Positions 35,628 through 45,837 are shown, numbered from the stretch's first letter. The stretch: 64,000 bases of DNA from Saprospiraceae bacterium (GCA_042095835.1 JBELML010000010.1:21186-85185), one strand, 5' to 3'. The notes: a model not told the origin generated them from the letters alone. A program made the numbers and translations.

Positions 35628-38600
35628 ATGTTTTCAAATATTAAGATTAATGGGCTTAAACTAGGCTATTTTTTATTAGCATTCCTAGGTTTTCAAGTAG
35701 GATCGTATGCTCAAGGGCAAGTAGCGCTGGAGATCATCGGCGCCAATGTATTTTCAAATTGTACAGATATTGTCACTCAGGAGGACTTTATGTACGGTGT
35801 CAGCATCGAAGGAGGAGATTATCTTTATTATCCCAAAATTGGCCCCTGTCATACTGCTGCACCTAATGTACAATGGAGTCTATCCTACGAATGCTCTAGC
35901 GAATTACGAGATAGCATTAACCTCTGTTTTCAAATCTTCGAAAACGACGGACTTCCTTTCACTTGTCAAATACTAAAAGAATGCCTAGTAGAAAGATGTT
36001 TTAAGGTGCCCCTCAGTAAAAACCAAGGCAATACCAACTCTACACTCAGCATAAGTCCAGGAAATGATTCCTGGGGAGATCTTTTTATTAGCTTGAGAAA
36101 CTCTAACGATGCCAACGACGAGAATGATCTCATCTGCAATGCTGTCGACTTGGGTAGTCTCACCTTTCAAGACACGATAGGTACTAAACTTCGCTCTGAC
36201 TATCAAAATCTTTGTGCCACCAACTTTGACGAATTCAACCCCGCAGATGAGGGTAGCTTTCAAAACGACGCTGGTGTTTGGTTTAGGTTTCAAACAAGGG
36301 ATATGCCTAGTTCGATTATTCAAATTGAAGCCAATAGCGATCCGTCCAACTTAGGTGACCCTATCGATTTGGAGTTGGCCTTATTTACCAGCGATCAGAC
36401 CTGCTCTGGCAATTTAAGTCTGCTCAAAACAGGCTATGATCTCAATAGCAATAACGCCAGCCTCACCCTTACTTGCCTCAACCCCAATCAAACCTACTAT
36501 CTCTTGGTAGATGGACGCTCTAATCCTGTAGATTTCGTCAAAGGCTATTTTGGCCTACAGATCTCTGCTCAAGGCGTCATCGAAGGTCAGGATATTATTT
36601 GCAATGCAGCCCAATTACAAAGCAGCAGCGGAGAAGGATCGGTAATAGGCGAAGCCTTATTTTCTAATTTCTGCTCTTCGGATCAAAGTGATTCTACCAG
36701 TGCTTGGTTTGAGTTTACAGCTCCCGAATCAGGAAATGTGCTCATCAATAATTTAAGTCAAAGCACCCTCAGCAGTACAGATATCGAGCTCGCTTTATTC
36801 CAACTCGGTAATGGAGACTGCCAAGGTCAGTTGGAATTGATTACCAGCACTGATAATGGCCAATCATTAGAAGCCTCTTGCTTGTATCCAGGCGAAGACT
36901 ATTATGTTCTAGTAAAAAGTAATGGTACCCTGGCGCAGGGTATTTTCAATCTTACGGTTGCTGATGCCGGATTATCTCTACCACCCCAAACTAGCATTGA
37001 AAGTGTACAATGCTATGGTGGCTCCTATACGATTGGCGATACGACCTTTACCGCTTCGGGAGATTATAGTTGGCGTATTCCGCAAGCAGGTACCTGCGAC
37101 AGTCTTGTCAATTTGAATCTAACCATTCTAGATTCCCTAACTGCTGAGATCGACATTGTTCGTCCCGCTACAAATCTAGGCATACAAGATGGTGCAGCGA
37201 GAGTCAGAATAAGCGGTGGTTCAGGCAATTATACTATCGAATGGTGCGATGGTTCTAATACCATTGGAGTTGATAATTTAGAAGGTGGTCAGACCTGCTG
37301 TGTTCAAATTACTGATGAGATTGGTTGTTCCGTTGAGGTCTGTTTTGAAGTGCCCTATCTCGATAAAATTGTCTTGGATTCACTAGACATCAATACGGTT
37401 AATTGTGCGGGAGAGGCTACAGGTATGATCCAATTCATTCCTAAAGGCGGTGTTGCTCCTTATCGAGCCGTTTTACAAGGGCCACTGCCATGCGACAACT
37501 GCGGTATAGTCTATCGTAGAATCACTGGTCCTGTTAACTTTAGTGCCCTTAAAGCAGGCCAATACCAATTACAAGTTTTTTCAAGATTCCAGGATACGAT
37601 TTTGCAAATTGAAATTGCAGAAAACACCATTCTTCAGGTAGATACGATTAGTGTCCAAGCTACCAGCTGTGCTGGTGTCTGCGATGGCTTACTCGAAATA
37701 GCTCCTAAAGGTGGCCTCCCTCCTTACAACTTGATCTGGCAAGACAATTTGAGCAATACCACACTTCGGAGTAATTTATGTGCAGGAAGCTATACCCTAA
37801 ACCTGATAGATAGCCTTGGTTGTGCGATAGATACCTCCTTTGTAATCAATGCTCCACCACCCATCGATGTGCAAGCCCAGGTTATCCAAGCGGTGTCTTG
37901 TGAAGGGGCCAACAATGGAATCATCCAAGCTGTAGCCTCCGAAAACGATCTCAACTACCAGTGGAACAGTGGCCAAACCTCCAATCAGATTGAAGGACTT
38001 GGCCTAGGAACTTATAGTGTATCTGTCACCAACAGCGAAGGATGTACAGGCCAAGCAAGTGTTTCTTTTGAGAATTATGAAGCCCCACTTAGCCTTTCTT
38101 TAGCATTACAAAAATCTGTCTCCTGTAATGGCGGCAGCGATGGGTTCATAGAGGCGCAACTCAATGGCGCAGGCCAAAATTTCACCTATATCTGGAGTGA
38201 TGGAAGTACTCAAAAAAACAATACTAAAGCCAGTGCTGGTCTCAATTCCTTGATAGTACAAAACGAATTGGGCTGCACCGCACAGGATGCTATTTCCTTA
38301 GACCAACCGACCGCTATTGAAGTCGCTTTTGCAATCAAAAATATCGACTGTATTGGTGGTCCCATCAGTGGGCGCTTGAATATCGACTCCGTTTCTGGTG
38401 GTAATGGTGGTTACAGCTATGCCATTGATGGTGGAGGCTTCACCTTTGACCCCGAGCTGAATTATATCCCAGAAGGTAATTATATGCTACAGGTCAGAGA
38501 TCAAAAAGGTTGCCAAGCCTCCTTCCCTTTTGAGCTAGAAGGTCCGCCAGATGTAAAAGTCACCATACCCGAAAATGAAGATTTACTTTTAGGCGATTCA

Positions 38601-39086
38601 ATCACGATAAGGCCAAGGGTTAATATTAGAAATTTAGAATTTTTCTGGTTCCAGGGACAAGAAAATTTCTCCTTTGATCAGACTGTAAAGCTATCTCCAC
38701 AACAGACCACTGGGTATATTGTCCAAGCATTTGATCCAATATCCGGCTGTAGTGGTTTCGATACTTTACTTGTTTCGGTTGATCAGCGCAGAAGAGTCTA
38801 CATTGCTAATGTCTTTAGTCCAAATGGTGATCAGGTGAATGACTATTTCGGCATCCAAGGCGATTTTGATATCGTATCCATTGCTCAGCTTTCTATTTAT
38901 AACCGAAATGGAGCCCTCCTCTTTAACAAGGAGAACTTAATGCCCAATCAGCTTGAGACCGGATGGGATGGTCTGATGCCTAGTGGCGAACCGGCTCCGG
39001 CGGGCACCTATATCTATCTAGCTAAGATTACTTTTATTGATGGCAAGACAGAAGTCTTTAGAGGAGATGTGAGTGTAATAAGGTAG
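35628..39086 (+). CDS. T9SS type-B-CTD surface protein with two PPC-like N-terminal modules and multiple SprB repeats
   Basis: Signal peptide and a duplicated module of about 150 aa (LICNAVDLGS...YYLLVDGRS / IICNAAQLQS...YYVLVKSNG). SprB-type repeats are present (VNCAGEATGMIQFIPKGGVAPY, TSCAGVCDGLLEIAPKGGLPPYNLIW, VSCNGGSDGFIEAQLNG...YIWSDG). The C-terminal FSPNGDQVNDYF...IYNRNGALLF...GTYIYL is a type-B CTD. Confidence 0.85.
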   Translation: MFSNIKINGLKLGYFLLAFLGFQVGSYAQGQVALEIIGANVFSNCTDIVTQEDFMYGVSIEGGDYLYYPKIGPCHTAAPNVQWSLSYECSSELRDSINLCFQIFENDGLPFTCQILKECLVERCFKVPLSKNQGNTNSTLSISPGNDSWGDLFISLRNSNDANDENDLICNAVDLGSLTFQDTIGTKLRSDYQNLCATNFDEFNPADEGSFQNDAGVWFRFQTRDMPSSIIQIEANSDPSNLGDPIDLELALFTSDQTCSGNLSLLKTGYDLNSNNASLTLTCLNPNQTYYLLVDGRSNPVDFVKGYFGLQISAQGVIEGQDIICNAAQLQSSSGEGSVIGEALFSNFCSSDQSDSTSAWFEFTAPESGNVLINNLSQSTLSSTDIELALFQLGNGDCQGQLELITSTDNGQSLEASCLYPGEDYYVLVKSNGTLAQGIFNLTVADAGLSLPPQTSIESVQCYGGSYTIGDTTFTASGDYSWRIPQAGTCDSLVNLNLTILDSLTAEIDIVRPATNLGIQDGAARVRISGGSGNYTIEWCDGSNTIGVDNLEGGQTCCVQITDEIGCSVEVCFEVPYLDKIVLDSLDINTVNCAGEATGMIQFIPKGGVAPYRAVLQGPLPCDNCGIVYRRITGPVNFSALKAGQYQLQVFSRFQDTILQIEIAENTILQVDTISVQATSCAGVCDGLLEIAPKGGLPPYNLIWQDNLSNTTLRSNLCAGSYTLNLIDSLGCAIDTSFVINAPPPIDVQAQVIQAVSCEGANNGIIQAVASENDLNYQWNSGQTSNQIEGLGLGTYSVSVTNSEGCTGQASVSFENYEAPLSLSLALQKSVSCNGGSDGFIEAQLNGAGQNFTYIWSDGSTQKNNTKASAGLNSLIVQNELGCTAQDAISLDQPTAIEVAFAIKNIDCIGGPISGRLNIDSVSGGNGGYSYAIDGGGFTFDPELNYIPEGNYMLQVRDQKGCQASFPFELEGPPDVKVTIPENEDLLLGDSITIRPRVNIRNLEFFWFQGQENFSFDQTVKLSPQQTTGYIVQAFDPISGCSGFDTLLVSVDQRRRVYIANVFSPNGDQVNDYFGIQGDFDIVSIAQLSIYNRNGALLFNKENLMPNQLETGWDGLMPSGEPAPAGTYIYLAKITFIDGKTEVFRGDVSVIR

Positions 39087-39095
39087 CCATTGATC

Positions 39096-39572
39096 TTAAA
39101 AGGAGACAGCAGCCCGTTTTTTCTTTTTATTTAAAATCATGGATCCTTCTTTTTTTCCTGCTATCCGAAGGTGTACCATGTTTTTTTGATCATCGAAGTG
39201 CTCTAATAAAAGGGTATTCTCGATTTCAAAGGATTGGACTTCTTTAGGCGGAGATTTGAATTGCATATAGCAGGTAACCGCAGGAAAATTACTCTCTGTT
39301 TCTTGGATGGCATATTTCATGGTTTTGCCATTCACTTTGATTTTCAACTTCTCCTCTAGGTGCTGGAGGATGAAATCATCGACAGTCATTTTACCACGAT
39401 TTATTTTATCGACATAGGCATTATAATCGGCAGCAGCCCCAAAGTCATCCATAAAAAAAGTGATAGAAAAGGCCAAATCTTCACTGGCCTCTATTCGGTA
39501 GACTTCTGTAACCGTTAGATGAATCGGATGAGGATTGAAAGTATAAAGAAAAATTAACAATAATGGATACAT
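39096..39572 (-). CDS. Conserved hypothetical protein, DUF6702-like
   Basis: NPHPIHLTVTEVYRIEASEDLAFSITFFMDDF resembles the HxxH(V/L)S/T..E start of DUF6702 proteins, which commonly sit next to M1 peptidases. I chose the ATG at 39572 (MYPLLLIFLY). The family assignment is from memory. Confidence 0.55.
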   Translation of the reverse strand: MYPLLLIFLYTFNPHPIHLTVTEVYRIEASEDLAFSITFFMDDFGAAADYNAYVDKINRGKMTVDDFILQHLEEKLKIKVNGKTMKYAIQETESNFPAVTCYMQFKSPPKEVQSFEIENTLLLEHFDDQKNMVHLRIAGKKEGSMILNKKKKRAAVSF

Positions 39573-39710
39573 ACAATTGGATGCTATTCTAATTAAATAA
39601 CAAACGCTATCTAACTCCCAAATGATAGCATGCAAGTCCTACTTTAACGAAACTTTAGATCGAGAGACTTTGAATACTTTTACAAAAGCTAAAATTTCGT
39701 CAAAGCACTT

Positions 39711-41327
39711 TTATTTTTTAGCGATGCGTGACTTAAACAACAACTGCGTATCTGGATCTAGGCGGATAGATTTCGGCACAGCTCCTCGTATCTCTATCTT
39801 TTTTGACACCTCTTTCTCATCTATTTCTAGTTCAAAAAGTAAAAGATCTTCGCCCTTTTCATCTAGTACTTGCACCTTTAATGGAAAAGCAAATGGAGCA
39901 GCCTGCTTTTGCACTACCTCTATCGAAAGGGCATTCGTCGTGGAGTTGAAATCCCAATTCACCTGTAAGTCTGGTAAACCAGGTTGGAAAAACCACTGCT
40001 GAAAAAAAGTATCTAGTTCCTGGCCAGAAACCACCTCCATGATGTGCTTAAAATCTTCGGTATAAGCGTTGGAAAATTGATATTTCTGATAATACCTTTT
40101 TATCCCTTTCCAAAAAACATCCGTCCCCACTTTTTGCCGAAGCATATGTAATACCCAAGCGGCTTTTTGGTAAGTATTAGTACTTAAGACCTGATTATAA
40201 TCGGTGATCGTCGTATCTACAATGGGCTGCTTGGGGTTTTGACCAGCGTAGCGAATGATATTGGTGCGATCTGTCTGTAGGCGATCAACGAGTACATCTC
40301 TGCCGTGATTATGCTCGAAATAAAGGTGGGTAAAATAAGTAGCAAAGCCTTCACTCAACCACACGTGATGCCAATCGGCCTCAGAGGCGGAATTGCCAAA
40401 CCACTGGTGGGCAATCTCATGAGCAATGAGTCCCTCGCGTTCTTCCTTACCAGTCACGCTATTCTCAAAATAGAAAATGTTCGAGGCGTTCTCCATACCT
40501 CCCCATCGAGTTTTAGATTGCACATTGGCCAATTTGGTATAGGGATAAGGCGCGACATGTGTATGGAACCAGTCGAGTACGCCCACGGCATCATCATAAT
40601 CTACAAAACCCGCTGTCCGATTTTGTGGAAAAACCCAGCTGGTCACTGGTATCTGATCTACCATGCCCGCCAATTGAACTGCAAATTCGGCAGCGCCTAC
40701 CACCATCACTTTAGTTGGGAGTGGTACATCACAACGCCAGGTGGTGCGCTTGGTACCATCCAGGAGATTGGTCTCTTCTATTTTTCTACCGGTACCTACT
40801 ACCTCATATTTTGCAGGAGCATGAACAGTGAAGGCTACCGTCGCTTTCTCCGAAGGGTGATCTACAGTGGGCAACCAATGTCTAGCCCGATTAGGCCAAT
40901 TATCACCAAAAAATGTCCTTCCCCCAAACTTATTTTCACCGATGACCATACCATCCTCTGGTATCCCTTCGTAACTAATGTTAAATTGGTAGGGTTCGTT
41001 GATCAATAGATTTTTAGGTATTTCTATAAACAATTGATCTTGCCAATGTCTGTAGGCTACTTCCTGGCCATCCAGCTCCACCTGACGAACCAACATCCCT
41101 TTCCCTGTGGTCTTTTTCACAATTAAGTCCAAGGCCAGCTCTTCGACTGCTTTTTTAAGTACAAAATCTATCCTAGCCTGACCTTTGATCAGGTTGCTCT
41201 CATCTGATAATTCAAGTTGAAAATCGTAGTGTAGAATATCAAGGCTGGCTTTTCGCTCTAAATGCTGCTGTGCGCATAAAAAAGAGGAAAAACAGCACAG
41301 ACATAGGACTAGAAAAAGGTGACGCAT
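39711..41327 (-). CDS. Secreted M1-family zinc metallopeptidase
   Basis: Signal peptide, a GAMEN-type exopeptidase motif (WGGMENAS), and HEIAHQWFGN followed by WLSEGFATY (HEXXH-X18-E). Confidence 0.9.
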   Translation of the reverse strand: MRHLFLVLCLCCFSSFLCAQQHLERKASLDILHYDFQLELSDESNLIKGQARIDFVLKKAVEELALDLIVKKTTGKGMLVRQVELDGQEVAYRHWQDQLFIEIPKNLLINEPYQFNISYEGIPEDGMVIGENKFGGRTFFGDNWPNRARHWLPTVDHPSEKATVAFTVHAPAKYEVVGTGRKIEETNLLDGTKRTTWRCDVPLPTKVMVVGAAEFAVQLAGMVDQIPVTSWVFPQNRTAGFVDYDDAVGVLDWFHTHVAPYPYTKLANVQSKTRWGGMENASNIFYFENSVTGKEEREGLIAHEIAHQWFGNSASEADWHHVWLSEGFATYFTHLYFEHNHGRDVLVDRLQTDRTNIIRYAGQNPKQPIVDTTITDYNQVLSTNTYQKAAWVLHMLRQKVGTDVFWKGIKRYYQKYQFSNAYTEDFKHIMEVVSGQELDTFFQQWFFQPGLPDLQVNWDFNSTTNALSIEVVQKQAAPFAFPLKVQVLDEKGEDLLLFELEIDEKEVSKKIEIRGAVPKSIRLDPDTQLLFKSRIAKK

Positions 41328-41622
41328 CTTTTTATGCCTAAATTAAGAGGAAATTTTGATTGGAGACTAGTCCTATTTCCTATTTTTCTTCCAAATAGCT
41401 GCCGACTCCTATTTCTTCCTGCCCAAAAAATGCACTTTCACCATTCCATACTCCCTGAATACTGGCGTATTTTTCTCTTTAAAATAGAAGGATTCTATGG
41501 TGTGTTTTTTCTTTACATAAGGGGCCGTTTAGCTCGTTGGGGCACCATCAATATTCGATTTCTGATAAATAAAAGCCTACTCTAGAGGGATCAGATTTGG
41601 ATTGTTTTAATATCTTGAATAC

Positions 41623-42114
41623 ATGCTTGAGTATCATTCTTTTATAAGACAATCCATTCAACTAGCTCGGCAATCCGCCGAGAAAGGTTTTGATCCTTTT
41701 GCCGCTCTACTTGTCAAAGACGGAATGGTAGTCGCACAGACCGTAGACCAGTGTATCATTCAATCTGATCCAACCGCTCATGCAGAGTTGAGTCTCATCA
41801 GGGAATCCTGTAGAAAAGAAGGGCTTATTGATTTAGCAGGCTACACCTTGGTCGCTAATGTAGAACCCTGCCTGATGTGCTGTGGCGCTATCCATTGGGC
41901 CAAGATAGAAAAAGTGGTATTCTCCGTTCCACAAAGTAGCTTACAAAAAACAAGTGGAGGCACACCCAAACCAAGTAGCCGAGAATTGCTAAATTTAGGT
42001 GGCCGTACAGTAGAAGTGATTGGACCTCTATTGCTAGAAGAAGGCCAAAGTATTTTAAATGAATTTGAATGGAAATCAAAACGAGACCGACATCAGCAAT
42101 ACTGGAGGTCTTAG
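41623..42114 (+). CDS. CMP/dCMP-type zinc deaminase (nucleoside/guanine/tRNA-adenosine deaminase family)
   Basis: The HAE zinc ligand and catalytic Glu (PTAHAELSLI) and the PCxxC motif (EPCLMCCGAI). Confidence 0.8.
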   Translation: MLEYHSFIRQSIQLARQSAEKGFDPFAALLVKDGMVVAQTVDQCIIQSDPTAHAELSLIRESCRKEGLIDLAGYTLVANVEPCLMCCGAIHWAKIEKVVFSVPQSSLQKTSGGTPKPSSRELLNLGGRTVEVIGPLLLEEGQSILNEFEWKSKRDRHQQYWRS

Positions 42115-42342
42115 TCTTTACGCAGGTTTCCCATTTATCAAATAAAAACATATGAAATGAGCATGATCTTATTTAATCATAAAATCACCAAACGGTGATG
42201 ATTAAAAAAGATTATGCGCAATCGAAGATTCATGAACTCCTTTAAAGTCATTAATGCGTAAGTGAATAAAGCGAAGCGGTTGCAGATGTTTAAAATTTCT
42301 GCAAAAACTTAGCTTTCAAGCATTTGCATAAATTTTAAACAC

Positions 42343-43965
42343 ATGAAATATCTCCTACATCTGATTTTATTAGCGGTCATCTTTAGTAGCTGCCAAGGCG
42401 AGCAAGCAGCAACATTAACAGAGCAACAACAACCCAATATCCTGTGGATCGTCGTGGAGGACCAATCGCCTGAGTTTTTTCCATTTTATGGAAATGAAGT
42501 AGTACAATTACCCAATTTAGAGCGTCTGGCCGCTGAGTCCGTTATCTATGACAAAGCTTGGGCAGTCGTACCAGTTTGTGCTCCTGCCAGAAGTGGTATT
42601 GCTACGGGTATGTATCCAAGTACCTTAGGTACGCATAATATGCGCGTGTTTACCGCTTATAAACCCACGAATCAGCCAAAGATCAATATTCCGAGCTACT
42701 CCCCTATCCCACCAGATGGCGTAAAACCATTTACGGAGTACCTGCGTAAAGCTGGTTATTATTGCACTAATAATGCAAAAGAGGATTATAATTTCCAGAC
42801 CCGCTCCTCGCAATGGGATGAAAGAGGTAGGACTGCCACCTGGAAGAACCGAGGAAAAGATCAGCCTTTTTTCTCCATCTTCAACTATGAATATTGTCAT
42901 GAATCTGGAATCTGGCGCTTTGGTAAAGATTCTCTTTTTGTTGATCCGGCCGATGTACCTGTTCCACCCTATTTTCCTGACGACTCCATTATCCGGCATG
43001 ATCTAGCAGTGAACTATAGTAACTTAATACGCATTGACCGTCAAATTGGACAGATGATCGCCAAGCTGGAAGCAGATTCTCTTTTGGACGAGACCATTAT
43101 TTTCTTTTATAGCGACCACGGTGGCCCTTTCCCAAGGCATAAGCGCTCCTTGTACGAAACAGGTACAAGAGTACCCATGTTTGTTCGATTTCCGGGAGGA
43201 GAAAGGAAAGGTGAACGGATCCAAGATATGGTCAACTTCATAGATTTAGGGCCTACTGCCTTATCTCTTGCAGGTATAGCGCCTCCGGCCGTCATGCAGG
43301 GTGTACCTTTCTTGGGCAAGTATAAACCAGCAGCGCCTAGAGCCTACAATTTTGCCACTTCTGATCGTTTCGATGGGAAATATGATCGCAAAAGGGCCGT
43401 TCGAGATCAACGCTATAAGTATATCCGCAATTTCAAACCGGAGGTACCTTATGATCTTGAAGTTAGTTATCGTCAACAGATGCCAATGATGCGTCGACTC
43501 ATGGAGTTGGATAGTCTAGAGCAACTCGAAGGAACAGCAGCTTTGTGGATGGCCGATTCTAAACCAGCAGAAGAGCTCTACGACCTAGAGCAGGATCCAT
43601 ATGAATTAAACAATCTGGCTGGCGAAGCAGCACAAGCCGAACGACTAGCTAGCTTCAGACAGGTATTAGAAGAATGGATTGTAGAGACTGGAGACCTAGG
43701 TGGCACAGAAGAGCAAGTACTTATTGATCGATGGTTAGTTGATCGAAAACAGCAAATCCTCCCAACACCACGCGTCACCCTTCAGGACGGGAAAGTAGAA
43801 ATTCAGTGTGATCACCAAGAGGCAACTGTACTCTGGCGTACTAGTCCCGAAGCACCCTGGACAATCTACCAATCACCATTGGCGAGTAATAGCATTACAG
43901 ATACGCTCTGGACTAGAGCTACACGTATTGGCTATCAGGAATCTGATTTTACTTTTGTCCCTTAA
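42343..43965 (+). CDS. Secreted Cys-type sulfatase
   Basis: Lipoprotein-like signal (AVIFSSC) and the formylglycine motif VCAPARSGIATG (C-x-P-x-R), plus sulfatase core motifs (SDHGG). Confidence 0.85.
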   Translation: MKYLLHLILLAVIFSSCQGEQAATLTEQQQPNILWIVVEDQSPEFFPFYGNEVVQLPNLERLAAESVIYDKAWAVVPVCAPARSGIATGMYPSTLGTHNMRVFTAYKPTNQPKINIPSYSPIPPDGVKPFTEYLRKAGYYCTNNAKEDYNFQTRSSQWDERGRTATWKNRGKDQPFFSIFNYEYCHESGIWRFGKDSLFVDPADVPVPPYFPDDSIIRHDLAVNYSNLIRIDRQIGQMIAKLEADSLLDETIIFFYSDHGGPFPRHKRSLYETGTRVPMFVRFPGGERKGERIQDMVNFIDLGPTALSLAGIAPPAVMQGVPFLGKYKPAAPRAYNFATSDRFDGKYDRKRAVRDQRYKYIRNFKPEVPYDLEVSYRQQMPMMRRLMELDSLEQLEGTAALWMADSKPAEELYDLEQDPYELNNLAGEAAQAERLASFRQVLEEWIVETGDLGGTEEQVLIDRWLVDRKQQILPTPRVTLQDGKVEIQCDHQEATVLWRTSPEAPWTIYQSPLASNSITDTLWTRATRIGYQESDFTFVP

Positions 43966-43983
43966 GTAACGGATATAGAATTA

Positions 43984-44232
43984 GGGCAAACGCATTAAAA
44001 TAAAAACTTAAAAAGAAATAGTTGTTTCTCGAAGTTAAGTGCAAAAAAGGTCATAAGTAAAGTGCGGGAGGCCGCCTAGGCATTGTCTGAGCGGAGCGAG
44101 TTTGGCTAGGCAAGATTTTTTTGCTTCGTTTTTGTATCGAATGACAAAAATGAAGATGCTAGAGCGGTTTTGAATTGGAGTTTCAGTAAGAATTATAAAA
44201 AATTGCAGGGTAATTTTTTGGTGCGTTTGCCC
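43984..44232. mobile_element. 250-bp MITE-like element, copy B
   Basis: It has the same inverted termini (gggcaaacgcattaaaa ... ttttggtgcgtttgccc) and TA flanks as copy A at 13229..13478, and the central block is identical. The 93-aa ORF at 44035..44316 is an artefact of the element. Confidence 0.7.
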
Positions 44233-44359
44233 TAACATAGAATAAGTCTCGCATTTTGATCGGGAAGATTCCATCAAAATCGAAAAATTATTTTTTTGGC
44301 TGTTACTGAAAATCAATAGGAGCTGGGTCCCTACATCCAGCTCCTATATAAGATTGACC

Positions 44360-44773
44360 TTAATGTGGCAAGCGATCACGCACAGCACCATAGACATAAG
44401 CACCTAAGATGCCTCCTAAAAGAATCAGCCCTACAATCCAGTATCCTTGCCCTAAGAGTACATACATTGGTCCAGGGCAGCAACCTGTAATCGCCCAACC
44501 CAAACCAAAAATAGTACCTGCCATCAGGTGTCTTGGAATATGTAGCTTCATCGGTAAGTAGGTCACTACTGCATCGTTCAGGGTTTTCATCTTGGTGCCT
44601 TTCATCAGCGCTATTATAGCTGCACCTAAAACCACCGCAGTACCAATGATACCGTACATATGGAAGCTTTCAAAACGGAACATCTCATAAATTCTGAACC
44701 AGGAAATGGCCTCTGATTTAGTCATGACAATTCCAAAAAATACACCTACACTTAGAAATGCTATATTTTTCAT
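44360..44773 (-). CDS. YeeE/YedE-family membrane protein (short half)
   Basis: Four hydrophobic helices and the conserved GCCPGP motif. It is adjacent to the longer YeeE/YedE half. Confidence 0.75.
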   Translation of the reverse strand: MKNIAFLSVGVFFGIVMTKSEAISWFRIYEMFRFESFHMYGIIGTAVVLGAAIIALMKGTKMKTLNDAVVTYLPMKLHIPRHLMAGTIFGLGWAITGCCPGPMYVLLGQGYWIVGLILLGGILGAYVYGAVRDRLPH

Positions 44774-44788
44774 TCGTTTAATAGTTAG

Positions 44789-45385
44789 TTAAGGCAATAA
44801 AAAAGGTAAAAAGAGGTGCGTCATGATCAAGCCCCCAATAAAAAATCCAATAACCGTGATCAAAGAAGGTAATTGTAGATGAGATAAGCCAGTAATGGCA
44901 TGTCCTGAAGTGCAGCCACCACCGTAACGAGCTCCAAACCCCACCAGAAAACCTCCTACAATCGCCATCAAGACGCCTTTTAAGCTAGTGAAATTCAGTA
45001 ATTGAGTAGGCACAAATCCGGCACCTGTAGCATCCATTTCGGGATAACTATAACCGTAGCTACCTAGCGCGGTGATAGTATCTTCTGAAATAGCGACTGC
45101 TTCTGGACTACTCAAGAAGGTAGAAGCAATCCAACCACCAATCATGGCTCCAATCACAAAAGCGAATCGCCACCGTTCCTGTTTTAAATCCAATTTAAAA
45201 TAGTCTAAGCGCTTGCCAGCTCCTGCTACTGCACAAATGCCTCTAAAACTACTCGACACCCCAAAGCTACGCCCTAGCCAGGTCATTAAAAATACGATCA
45301 AAGCAATAGCAGCTCCTGAAGTAAACCAATGCCAGGGCTGTCTGATGACATCCAACAGCATACTTGGATTAGAAGTTAATTCCAT
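44789..45385 (-). CDS. YeeE/YedE-family sulfur-compound transport membrane protein (long half)
   Basis: RQPWHWFTSG N-terminus and the conserved GARYGGGCTSGHAITG motif. Confidence 0.8.
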   Translation of the reverse strand: MELTSNPSMLLDVIRQPWHWFTSGAAIALIVFLMTWLGRSFGVSSSFRGICAVAGAGKRLDYFKLDLKQERWRFAFVIGAMIGGWIASTFLSSPEAVAISEDTITALGSYGYSYPEMDATGAGFVPTQLLNFTSLKGVLMAIVGGFLVGFGARYGGGCTSGHAITGLSHLQLPSLITVIGFFIGGLIMTHLFLPFLLP

Positions 45386-45595
45386 TGTTGTTGTTTCTAT
45401 TTTCTATTTAGAATAACCATTCCATTATCTAATGGTTGATGGCCTTTCCTCTTCAATGTCCGAGTCCAGACCATCAGACAAAGACAAAAATGACAGGAAT
45501 TAAAGAAGATAATGGTGACAAAAGTCACAAAGCACACATTGCAGCCTAGGATTATACTTTAAGCATAATTTAAAAATGCCCTAGATAAAGTAAAT

Positions 45596-45633
45596 AAAAA
45601 AAGAGCAGCCGTAAAATCAATACGTAACTGCTC
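45596..45633 (-). terminator. Candidate minus-strand terminator downstream of the LytTR regulator gene
   Basis: On the minus strand this reads gagcag..cgta-loop-tacg..ctgctc followed by T7. The stem is interrupted, and it lies about 200 nt from the stop codon. Confidence 0.45.
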
Positions 45634-45837
45634 TCATGCAAGGGAAACTGTCTGTCCTAAAAATTTTGTACTTATATTTTCTGCAATTAATGGTACCAGG
45701 CAACGTCCTTTTTACAGCAAATCTTTGGTCGTCGTCTTTATTATGCATCATGAAGATAGAGGCAAAAAAAGTAGGAATGGGCCACTTTTCAGCGATTGGT
45801 AAGAATCAACATTTTTTTGGTAGAGAATGCTTGGGAA

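Noticed and set aside
40305-41009. 234-aa plus-strand ORF antisense to the M1 peptidase
   Set aside because: The opposite strand encodes an unambiguous M1 peptidase (GGMEN, HEXXH-X18-E) over the same interval. The antisense product has no recognisable features.
41319-41585. 88-aa plus-strand ORF in the M1/deaminase intergenic region
   Set aside because: It overlaps the M1 start region in antisense, and its hydrophobic/aromatic low-complexity translation comes from T-rich DNA with short tcctatttc repeats.
42343-43965. Cys-type sulfatase lacking a nearby formylglycine-generating enzyme or anSME
   Set aside because: Maturation enzymes are frequently encoded elsewhere in the genome, so absence from a 64-kb window is uninformative.
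44035-44316. 93-aa minus-strand ORF
   Set aside because: It lies almost wholly within the MITE-like repeat (copy B). The equivalent region of copy A does not keep the reading frame.
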